Origin: Candidatus Parcubacteria bacterium
Lineage (GTDB): Bacteria > Patescibacteriota > Minisyncoccia > 2-02-FULL-40-12 > GWA2-44-9
Direction: 5' to 3'
Length of the DNA: 36,928 nt
Assembly: GCA_019662005.1 (NCBI GenBank)
Contig: JAIFWG010000003.1
Span: forward strand, 1 to 36,928
Part shown: positions 1 through 6,188 of the stretch, one piece after another
Numbering within the stretch: the first letter of the stretch is position 1
How the letters are laid out: each line of letters starts with the position of its first letter
Position numbers and translations under genes: made by a program
Notes under the pieces: generated by a model
What the model was told of the DNA's origin: nothing
The model's database searches: none
What the model saw: only the letters and a program-made list of their open reading frames with translations

Positions 1-496
1 GAAAAGCCGGAAAATTCCAGCCGTTAACCGAAAGTTTTAAATTTCCTTTTTTTAAAATAACTAGATCAGTCCAAGAGCCTTCAATCTTTTCTACTGGTTC
101 CCATTTCCCGGTTTCAATAAAATGCTTTGCCTGTAAATCATAAAGATTCCCTTGAGAGGCATATTGCTGAAGCTCGTGAGGAGGGACGAAGAAATCAGCA
201 TCCCATCCAGTAATTGAGCTAACGGAAGAATGCTTTTTCCCACATTCAGGGCAGTCATAAAACCGAATGTCTTGGCGTTCTTTCGTAACGCGTTCAACGA
301 CTGCTTGTTCTTCACAAGCCTTGAAATTTTCATAGCAAACTTTTTGTAAATCTTTTTGCACATTATTTGTAAAAGCGATTAAATCATCGCCTTCAGCCAT
401 TTCGGTTTCAACTTCAGCACTAAATCCCGGCCTTGAATTTTCATAAGAACCGCGTGAAATGACGCCACTAAATGAACTTGAGATTTTAATTTTCAT
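1..496 (-). CDS. hypothetical protein, partial (N-terminus at 496, continues past window start)
   Basis: Frame is open from ATG 496..494 to position 1. It is absent from the ORF track because it has no stop in the window. ATGA overlap with the stop of 493..654. Protein-like composition (MKIKISSSFSGVISRGSYENSRPGFSAEVETEMAEGDD...CPECGKKH...). It supersedes the out-of-frame track ORF 91..363. Confidence 0.55.
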   Translation of the reverse strand, partial: MKIKISSSFSGVISRGSYENSRPGFSAEVETEMAEGDDLIAFTNNVQKDLQKVCYENFKACEEQAVVERVTKERQDIRFYDCPECGKKHSSVSSITGWDADFFVPPHELQQYASQGNLYDLQAKHFIETGKWEPVEKIEGSWTDLVILKKGNLKLSVNGWNFPAF

Positions 497-654
497 TTCG
501 TCACCATTCTTTTCTCCATCCATTCGTCTAAAACAGATTTTCTGATTCGCCACTGTCCGCCGATTTTGGTAAACGGAAGCTGTTTTCGTTTGATCAATTT
601 GTAAATGCTTACAAGATGAAACCTTAAATAAAGTCCCGCTTCTCGAGGTGTCAT
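493..654 (-). CDS. excisionase/MerR-type helix-turn-helix DNA-binding protein (53 aa)
   Basis: Hand translation is MTPREAGLYLRFHLVSIYKLIKRKQLPFTKIGGQWRIRKSVLDEWMEKRMVTK. The pattern (A..L.vS..ti..l....lP..KiGgqWRi....LdeW) matches Xis/HTH_17-type small DNA binders. Below the ORF-track size cut-off. Confidence 0.6.
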   Translation of the reverse strand: MTPREAGLYLRFHLVSIYKLIKRKQLPFTKIGGQWRIRKSVLDEWMEKRMVTK

Positions 655-662
655 GACGTCAT

Positions 663-860
663 TCAATTAAGTGCTGGCCCCCATGCTGTCATTAAAGTTT
701 TTATTTCTTCGTGTGTAAACTTCCAGTGAATCTCTTTTTTGATTAACACTGAGATGCGTTTTTTAAGTTGTAAATATTTGCGCGGATCTTCGAACTTGTT
801 TTTAATTAAACTTCGAATGAACACAGTCGTTACTTCCTCAAGCTTTTCGTCGTCTGTCAT
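663..860 (-). CDS. hypothetical protein (65 aa)
   Basis: Track ORF in the same-strand gene chain. Confidence 0.55.
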   Translation of the reverse strand: MTDDEKLEEVTTVFIRSLIKNKFEDPRKYLQLKKRISVLIKKEIHWKFTHEEIKTLMTAWGPALN

Positions 861-924
861 TTTGGGCCACCTTTGTAAGTGAAATAACCAGCAGACAAAT
901 AAAAATCCAATGCTCTAAACTCAT
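838..924 (-). CDS. possible 28-aa hydrophobic micro-protein (MSLEHWIFICLLVISLTKVAQNDRRRKA)
   Basis: ATGA overlap with the stop of 921..1079, and one hydrophobic segment. It overlaps the start of 663..860 by 23 nt, so it is weakly supported. Confidence 0.2.
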   Translation of the reverse strand: MSLEHWIFICLLVISLTKVAQNDRRRKA

Positions 925-1079
925 GCGTCCACCTCTAGGTCATAACGCGCATCTTCAGAGGCACATTTTGCACAAGAACCCTCTTCGTCCAGCTCATACC
1001 TACAATCAGGACAGGTTTCTTTTTGGCAAAGCTTATCGATCATTTTTTGAGTGGTTCCTGGAGGTAAGTCCCAGTTCAT
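921..1079 (-). CDS. small zinc-ribbon-like protein (52 aa)
   Basis: Hand translation is MNWDLPPGTTQKMIDKLCQKETCPDCRYELDEEGSCAKCASEDARYDLEVDA, with CPDC...CAKC pairs. ATGA overlap with the stop of 1076..1306. Confidence 0.5.
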   Translation of the reverse strand: MNWDLPPGTTQKMIDKLCQKETCPDCRYELDEEGSCAKCASEDARYDLEVDA

Positions 1080-1306
1080 ACTTGAATGCCCTTGGCTTTA
1101 AGGGCCTGAATATCTTCGGCACTTAATTTCTGATTGGTTTGGGACATGATTTCTTTATTGACGATGGCAAGCCCGTAGTTTCTAACCTCAGTTTCAAAAC
1201 GGATTTTGTAATCTACATTTCCGCTTACTGGACTGATTTCAGCCCCTATGACAGTTCCAACCATTGTTATCAATACTTGATCTCCGATTTTGTATTCTTG
1301 GTTCAT
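1076..1306 (-). CDS. hypothetical protein (76 aa)
   Basis: Track ORF 1076..1384 trimmed to the internal ATG (MNQEYKIGD), which is preceded by AAGGAG. That ATG forms an ATGA overlap with the stop of 1303..1923. Confidence 0.55.
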   Translation of the reverse strand: MNQEYKIGDQVLITMVGTVIGAEISPVSGNVDYKIRFETEVRNYGLAIVNKEIMSQTNQKLSAEDIQALKAKGIQV

Positions 1307-1923
1307 AGCGATCTCCTTGTTAGTTTTTTGTATTTTTTGATGTATTCCTGAGTTAAAAGCGGGGGATTTTTGACTCGTCCGCATCCTGCATTCCAGCAGG
1401 TGAGAACGTTTTCAGTTGAAACCGGAAGTTTTTTTGATTTTAAAATCTGAGGAATGCGCGTTTCGAGGTACCAGTGCGCTATTTTTTGTGCAATTTCACG
1501 ATTCAGGGCATCTTGATGTTGATAAGAAGTTTTATGGGCAGAATTAAAGTCTGAAACAACACCGGAATGTAACTGAAATAAACCTAAAGCACGCCCACCA
1601 TCGCCAATCACACGCGGACGGTTTGAAGATTCTAAAGACGCAATAACTGGAAGACTAATTGCACATGAATTTGGGCAATTTGCAGTGACTTGAGAATAAG
1701 TTATATCAGGTAGGGTGAATAAACTAACTAAACCAATGCAAAAAAACGCTGTAAATCTATGCGGGGTAAAGGAAAGACGGTTGTACCGAACGTCCCATAA
1801 TGTATCCAATGTCTCGTAAATCATTGCAGCATAAAGATTTGTGCCATATTTACTAACTGTGCCGATTAGGAAAGATAGGGCAACTAAGCCAGCTAAAATG
1901 TGCAAATCCGTAAATGTGGGCAT
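1303..1923 (-). CDS. membrane-anchored lytic transglycosylase (SLT domain)
   Basis: LESSNRPRVIGDGGRALGLFQL fits the SLT catalytic ES...GA.GLMQ signature, and CWNAGCG fits the AYNAG motif. Two N-terminal hydrophobic segments are present (LHILAGLVALSFLIGTV and FTAFFCIGLVSLFTL). Confidence 0.7.
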   Translation of the reverse strand: MPTFTDLHILAGLVALSFLIGTVSKYGTNLYAAMIYETLDTLWDVRYNRLSFTPHRFTAFFCIGLVSLFTLPDITYSQVTANCPNSCAISLPVIASLESSNRPRVIGDGGRALGLFQLHSGVVSDFNSAHKTSYQHQDALNREIAQKIAHWYLETRIPQILKSKKLPVSTENVLTCWNAGCGRVKNPPLLTQEYIKKYKKLTRRSL

Positions 1924-1924
1924 T

Positions 1925-2179
1925 TTATCTCCCGAACGGTTTTTTAATTCTTGAAATGCGTTCTAAATAAGCGCGGTAGTCTTGTAATTTATTGAAATTC
2001 TCTAAAAGAGGGGAGCTTTCGCCTTTAACCCATTTATCGACAGCGGTGTCACTGACGGTCAAATCCTTTGCCAATCGATATTTCGACATTGGCCTACCGT
2101 TCTCCTGCCTCATTTTGAGAATTTCCATTACAAGCTCATTTCCGGCTTCAATTCCAGCTTCAGCCATAGAGGTTTGCAT
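1925..2179 (-). CDS. Cro/CI (XRE)-type HTH transcriptional regulator
   Basis: MSKYRLAKDLTVSDTAVDKWVKGESSP is a typical XRE helix-turn-helix. The gene is small (84 aa) and follows a long structured intergenic region. Confidence 0.7.
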   Translation of the reverse strand: MQTSMAEAGIEAGNELVMEILKMRQENGRPMSKYRLAKDLTVSDTAVDKWVKGESSPLLENFNKLQDYRAYLERISRIKKPFGR

Positions 2180-2255
2180 TTCATAATACCTGCTTCCGCT
2201 GCATTATCGGCTCACCGCCGTAGAACTTTAGAATTATTTTTGAGAATGGAAAGGC

Positions 2256-2366
2256 GACCGAGCCGCTGAACCTTGGACGGTTCGGATTGCCCGAATATGT
2301 GGTTACACATATCAGCGACCCGGTCTTAAATTTTAATTTTAAGAGTTTCATTTTTTCCGTCCAAGG
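2256..2366 (-). other. nested-hairpin structured element (candidate 5' leader or ncRNA)
   Basis: GACCG 2256-2260 pairs with CGGTC 2321-2325, and CGCTGA 2264-2269 pairs with TCAGCG 2312-2317. These enclose hairpins TTCGG/CCGAA (2281-2295) and ATATGTG-gtta-CACATAT (2295-2312). A 10-bp long-range pairing links CCTTGGACGG 2271-2280 with CCGTCCAAGG 2357-2366. Confidence 0.3.
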
Positions 2367-2386
2367 AATTCATATGCATGAGAAAC

Positions 2387-2414
2387 ATTTAACATAGACA
2401 CTTTCCTTTGTCAA
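2387..2414 (-). promoter_or_regulatory. candidate sigma70-type promoter for the Cro-like gene
   Basis: On the minus strand: TTGACA (2414..2409), a 16-nt spacer, then TTAAAT (2392..2387). It would give a leader of about 200 nt containing the structured element. Confidence 0.3.
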
Positions 2415-2453
2415 CATTGATTTTAAGAACTGCACAAAAAACCGGGCAGTTAA

Positions 2454-2744
2454 TTAATAGCGTTCGACTTTAGCGATTGCTTGCTCCAATATTGAAATGC
2501 TTGGAGTGGTATTTGTTACATCAAATGAATGGAGAGATTTTAAAGCCTGCTTGGAAGCTTCTAACAAATCAGGCGTTGCCGCAATAAGATAGGCGTTGGC
2601 CATAGTTTGCCTGAGATTTTTTCCTGATATTACAGCGCAAACGCTTCCATCACTTGCAATCACGTGAACTTCGCAATCACCTGTGAAATGTCCATGCTTG
2701 ATTGGTTCTACTCGCCATGGTGCTGGAGAATATTGATTTTCCAT
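2454..2744 (-). CDS. hypothetical protein, paralog of 2747..3025
   Basis: Track ORF. It shares PW...IAA(T/A)P(D/E)LLEA.K with its neighbour. Confidence 0.6.
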   Translation of the reverse strand: MENQYSPAPWRVEPIKHGHFTGDCEVHVIASDGSVCAVISGKNLRQTMANAYLIAATPDLLEASKQALKSLHSFDVTNTTPSISILEQAIAKVERY

Positions 2745-2746
2745 AT

Positions 2747-3025
2747 TTAACGACCTTCTGCTTTGTCGATAACTTTTGCTGCTTTAGCAAGAGCATTATC
2801 AAAAACTTGTTCAACTGGTTTGCCATCTGGTGAGACTGTATAAAACAATTCTTTAAGAGCTTCTAACAGCTCCGGCGCTGCTGCAATCACATGTGCGCTA
2901 GCCCTTGCATCAGGTCTCTTCATGACTTTTGCGATTATTTTTTCTCCGTCCATAATCCAGAAGGATGAGTCGATTTCCAATTCATAATTCCATGGCCTCT
3001 GTTTATGCCTCGCTTTAGTTTTCAT
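2747..3025 (-). CDS. hypothetical protein, paralog of 2454..2744
   Basis: Track ORF. It carries the VIAAAPELLEALKE motif shared with its neighbour. Confidence 0.6.
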   Translation of the reverse strand: MKTKARHKQRPWNYELEIDSSFWIMDGEKIIAKVMKRPDARASAHVIAAAPELLEALKELFYTVSPDGKPVEQVFDNALAKAAKVIDKAEGR

Positions 3026-3029
3026 GGTT

Positions 3030-3233
3030 TTAAGCCTCCCTTATTACATTGCGGAAAGCCAAGTCTGCAAGCATATCAACTGCTTTTTGTTTTGACCAAA
3101 AGAAAACGGTTTTATTGGCTTTCCAAGTCTTTCCGCCTTCAATTTCATATTGGCCATCAAAATCAATTGCATAACGACCAAAGCAGGTATCAGCTTTTCT
3201 GATTGCGCTAGGTTTGCTAAGAGTTATCTTCAC
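3030..3233 (-). CDS. hypothetical protein (67 aa)
   Basis: Track ORF in the same-strand chain. Confidence 0.55.
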   Translation of the reverse strand: MKITLSKPSAIRKADTCFGRYAIDFDGQYEIEGGKTWKANKTVFFWSKQKAVDMLADLAFRNVIREA

Positions 3234-3251
3234 GGTTTAATTCTCCTTTGG

Positions 3252-3449
3252 TTAAAATTTTACCTGTATAGCATCTTTGATTTCAAAAAGTTTTGGACCG
3301 CCTAACTGTGGTTGATAGCCTTTTTCTCCGGCAAGTACAATTTTGTAATAACACTTTGGCCCAACTTCAACGATTTGATCATCTCGTGTATCAACTCGTG
3401 CTATTTGTCCTTTTAATAATTTCTTATCGCAAGCGAAACATTTTCTCAT
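3252..3449 (-). CDS. hypothetical small Cys-containing protein (65 aa)
   Basis: Track ORF with CFAC...C near the N-terminus. Confidence 0.55.
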   Translation of the reverse strand: MRKCFACDKKLLKGQIARVDTRDDQIVEVGPKCYYKIVLAGEKGYQPQLGGPKLFEIKDAIQVKF

Positions 3450-3459
3450 AATACCTCTC

Positions 3460-3600
3460 CTAGTCTTTATCTTTTAACTCTGGTATGAATTTCGCTAAAG
3501 CTTTTAATGTTAATTCTTTGATGGTCATATTATTGTCATCTGCATATTTTTGAATTAAATCCTTCGTTGCATCCTTAATTTCAACGATTAACTTTGCCAT
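3460..3600 (-). CDS. ribbon-helix-helix (CopG/Arc-like) small protein (46 aa)
   Basis: Hand translation is MAKLIVEIKDATKDLIQKYADDNNMTIKELTLKALAKFIPELKDKD. A GGAGGAG RBS lies upstream. It is the first gene of the leftward arm and is below the track cut-off. Confidence 0.55.
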   Translation of the reverse strand: MAKLIVEIKDATKDLIQKYADDNNMTIKELTLKALAKFIPELKDKD

Positions 3601-3620
3601 TACTCCTCCTGGTTAGTAAT

Positions 3621-3649
3621 AATATACGACCGTCCGTCCGTAAAGTAAA
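3621..3649 (-). promoter_or_regulatory. candidate leftward promoter
   Basis: On the minus strand: TTTACT (3649..3644), a 17-nt spacer, then TATATT (3626..3621). It sits upstream of the GGAGGAG RBS of 3460..3600. Confidence 0.35.
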
Positions 3650-3710
3650 GGACTATTTTGCGATTATTTCTAAATTCCCGCGCTTTTAATTTAAAACCTA
3701 ATAAAAGAAG

Positions 3711-3740
3711 TTGACTATTGTAAGTAATGATTGATATGAT
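3711..3740 (+). promoter_or_regulatory. candidate rightward (late-arm) promoter
   Basis: TTGACT (3711-3716), an 18-nt spacer, then TATGAT (3735-3740). Only 9 nt separate the -10 from the terS ATG at 3750, and no SD is visible. Confidence 0.35.
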
Positions 3741-3749
3741 AGGTATTAC

Positions 3750-4175
3750 ATGCCAGCGCTCTCAAATCCCAAACTTGAAGCTCTCGCCCAAACTTTCGTC
3801 AAACATCCCACCAAAAGATTCAACCAAACACAGTCTTATCTAGAAGTACATCCAAACTCATCTACAGCAGCAGCCCGCTCTTCAGCCCCTGAAGTCCTAG
3901 CCAAACCTAATGTAAGAGAAAGAATCCATGAGCTAATCAGACAGGAAGGTCTCGGTGAGGTTCCAATTCTGCGAAGATTCAATCGCTGGGTTTATGATGA
4001 AAAGAATCCGTCTGTAAGTTTGGATGCGACGAAAACGATTGCGAAGATGTTAGGAATGTTAGATTCTGATGAAAAGAATATGAACAATAATCAAGACCTT
4101 AACATTTGCATAAACATTATCGGACATTCGAGAGATGCGAATGGTCCTAACTCAATAGACATCAACACTTTATGA
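3750..4175 (+). CDS. terS: terminase small subunit
   Basis: The N-terminal pattern LSNPKLEALAQTFV...TQSYLEVHPNSSTAAARSSAPEVLAKPNVRERIHEL resembles Terminase_2-type small subunits. The gene lies directly upstream of terL. Confidence 0.7.
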   Translation: MPALSNPKLEALAQTFVKHPTKRFNQTQSYLEVHPNSSTAAARSSAPEVLAKPNVRERIHELIRQEGLGEVPILRRFNRWVYDEKNPSVSLDATKTIAKMLGMLDSDEKNMNNNQDLNICINIIGHSRDANGPNSIDINTL

Positions 4176-4218
4176 GTTATTGTGATTGTTTACATAACAA
4201 AGGTTATAGGACTCATCA

Positions 4219-5919
4219 ATGAGTGAGTCATTGAGTAATATTCAAGCCGGGGGTGCGGCTGACGGCGGGGCCGCGAAGGAAAGTACCGGTAGTTATAATA
4301 GTATTCCTCCCCATAACATTTCTGCCCAATCCGAACCTTCATCAAAACTAAAAACGAAAGATGAATTGAAGCAATTCAGGCTAGATAATTTGAGGCGGGG
4401 TCGTGAAGCGAAGCGAATGAAGAAGGCGGGGGTAGTTCCAGAAAAGCCTGTTTTAGAAAAAGCCCCGAAAAAGTCCGCTCAAAATATAGCCTCCCCGAAA
4501 AAAGAAGAAGTAAAAGAGAAACCTAAGCCTCAAATTCAATTTGATTTAAGCGTGAAGCAAGGGGAGGCACTTCAGAGCGCAGCGAAATTCTTGTTATATG
4601 GCGGGGCGAAGGGTGGTGGAAAGTCTTGGTTTTTATGTGTTTGGATGTTTCTGGCTGCGATTAAGTATAAGGGGAACAAATTATTTTTCTGTCGCAGACG
4701 TTCGGTTGATTTCACGAACACGACTTTAGAGACCTGGAGAAAGTCGATTCCGGCCCAGTATTACAGGGTAAACGAGCAGAAAAAAAAGATTTACATTTTA
4801 CCGACAAGAAGTGTCATTGATTATGGGGGGCTTGACGACCCTCTTTTGATTCAGTCTTTAAACTCTGCTGAATATGCTTATATAGGCATTGACCAAGCGG
4901 AAGAGATTGAGCAGGACTCATTCTCGATGCTTAGAGGCACGCTTAGACACCGGCTTCCTGACGGGTCGTGTCCTAAATACAAGATTCGGTTAACAGCAAA
5001 CCCGGCCCAGTGTTGGTTAAAAGATTTCTTTATTTTAAATCCCGAACCCGAAACTCAATATATCCCGGCCCTTCCGACAGACAATCCACATCTTCCGGAA
5101 GATTACGTGGAGAATCTGAGACAAGCCTTTAAAAACCGTCCTCATTTACTGGCAGCCTATCTTCACGGGTCATGGGATGATCTGAGTGGGAACGACACGT
5201 GTATCAGAGGTACCTGGATTGAAGAAGCAAAGAAGAAAACGGTCAGGGGCCAGGTTTCGAAGAGGATCATTGTCAACGACCCCGCCATTACGGGCGATGA
5301 GAATGTCTGTTTCCTGATGGAAAAGGCTGGAAACGTTTATTATAAAGCGGATGAACTGATCATTGAACACCGGAGACCGCTTGAGACAGCGGCCTTTCTA
5401 TCAGCTTACCGAAAGAGAACTCAGGCCCAGATCATCGCGGTGGACTGTATTGGTATTGGTCAGGGTGTTGTGGACGGCTTGAATCAGCTTGAAGAACCTA
5501 TCCTTTCGATTAATTCCTGTTCTAAACCGACGAGTCAACATAATCAGGTGAAATACGCGAATTTAAGGTCTCAGATGTGGTGGGAAGCTGCAGAAAAGTT
5601 TGCCAATAACAACGTGTCCCTTCCGGCAGACGATTTTGAGCTTGCGAGACAACTTGGGGCCGTTAAATTTGATCCTTCTGGAATCGGAAAATTGTATGTC
5701 CAGGATAAAGCGGAAATAAAGAAAAATTTAGGTCGTAGTCCAGACCGGGCAGACGCGTTTATCATGGGGATTTATGCTTTAGATTATGTTAACAGTCTTG
5801 ACCACCAGGAATATCAGGAAGCGTCAATTGACAGGGTAGGTCACGGCATTTTAATAGAATCTCACGAAGAAGATCTGTATGTCGGAGTGGGAGATGATTT
5901 CAGTGGCTACAATTTTTAA
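4219..5919 (+). CDS. terL: terminase large subunit
   Basis: Walker A is LLYGGAKGGGKSW and Walker B-like is YAYIGIDQAEE. The C-terminal RNaseH-like nuclease shows IAVDCIGIGQGVVDGL and PDRADAFIMG. About 105 aa of Lys/Glu/Pro-rich N-terminal extension precede the core. Confidence 0.9.
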   Translation: MSESLSNIQAGGAADGGAAKESTGSYNSIPPHNISAQSEPSSKLKTKDELKQFRLDNLRRGREAKRMKKAGVVPEKPVLEKAPKKSAQNIASPKKEEVKEKPKPQIQFDLSVKQGEALQSAAKFLLYGGAKGGGKSWFLCVWMFLAAIKYKGNKLFFCRRRSVDFTNTTLETWRKSIPAQYYRVNEQKKKIYILPTRSVIDYGGLDDPLLIQSLNSAEYAYIGIDQAEEIEQDSFSMLRGTLRHRLPDGSCPKYKIRLTANPAQCWLKDFFILNPEPETQYIPALPTDNPHLPEDYVENLRQAFKNRPHLLAAYLHGSWDDLSGNDTCIRGTWIEEAKKKTVRGQVSKRIIVNDPAITGDENVCFLMEKAGNVYYKADELIIEHRRPLETAAFLSAYRKRTQAQIIAVDCIGIGQGVVDGLNQLEEPILSINSCSKPTSQHNQVKYANLRSQMWWEAAEKFANNNVSLPADDFELARQLGAVKFDPSGIGKLYVQDKAEIKKNLGRSPDRADAFIMGIYALDYVNSLDHQEYQEASIDRVGHGILIESHEEDLYVGVGDDFSGYNF

Positions 5920-6029
5920 TTGTGATGGGACAAGGAATTTAATCAACAAATTTAAACATATCAAGTTCCGGTTTCCGTTTTATTTTGATACTTGCCGGGA
6001 CTGCATCATTAAATGGGAGGAATTGAGTC

Positions 6030-6188
6030 ATGGCAAAAGAAGTTGATTATCAGGCCGGAGATTGTAACGAAGCGGCGGTTAAATCTTCACAAACTACTTC
6101 AAATTATAAGAAGGCTACGGCGAATCAATCTACGGATTATGAAGCTAATTTATCGGATAAATACACGAAGTCGCAGGATATTGAGTAA
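6030..6188 (+). CDS. hypothetical small protein (52 aa)
   Basis: A GGGAGG RBS lies 8 nt upstream of the ATG, and a TAATG overlap joins it to the portal start. Preferred over the out-of-frame track ORF 6013..6198, which has Arg/Ile/Leu-rich junk-like composition. Confidence 0.45.
   Translation: MAKEVDYQAGDCNEAAVKSSQTTSNYKKATANQSTDYEANLSDKYTKSQDIE

Noticed and set aside
74-87. 14-nt exact match AGAGCCTTCAATCT, also found at 8827..8840
   Set aside because: A single 14-mer coincidence is expected by chance in a window of this size. Nothing supports it in the flanking sequence.
91-363. Track ORF, 90 aa, minus strand
   Set aside because: It is out of frame with a longer ORF open from 496 to the window edge. 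That longer ORF has protein-like composition and is ATGA-coupled to its upstream gene.
2256-2325. Possible tRNA (the GGTTCGGATT-like stretch and several stems)
   Set aside because: The stem lengths and loops do not fit a cloverleaf. There is no 7-bp acceptor stem, no T-loop consensus and no anticodon arm of the right geometry. It is kept only as a generic structured element.
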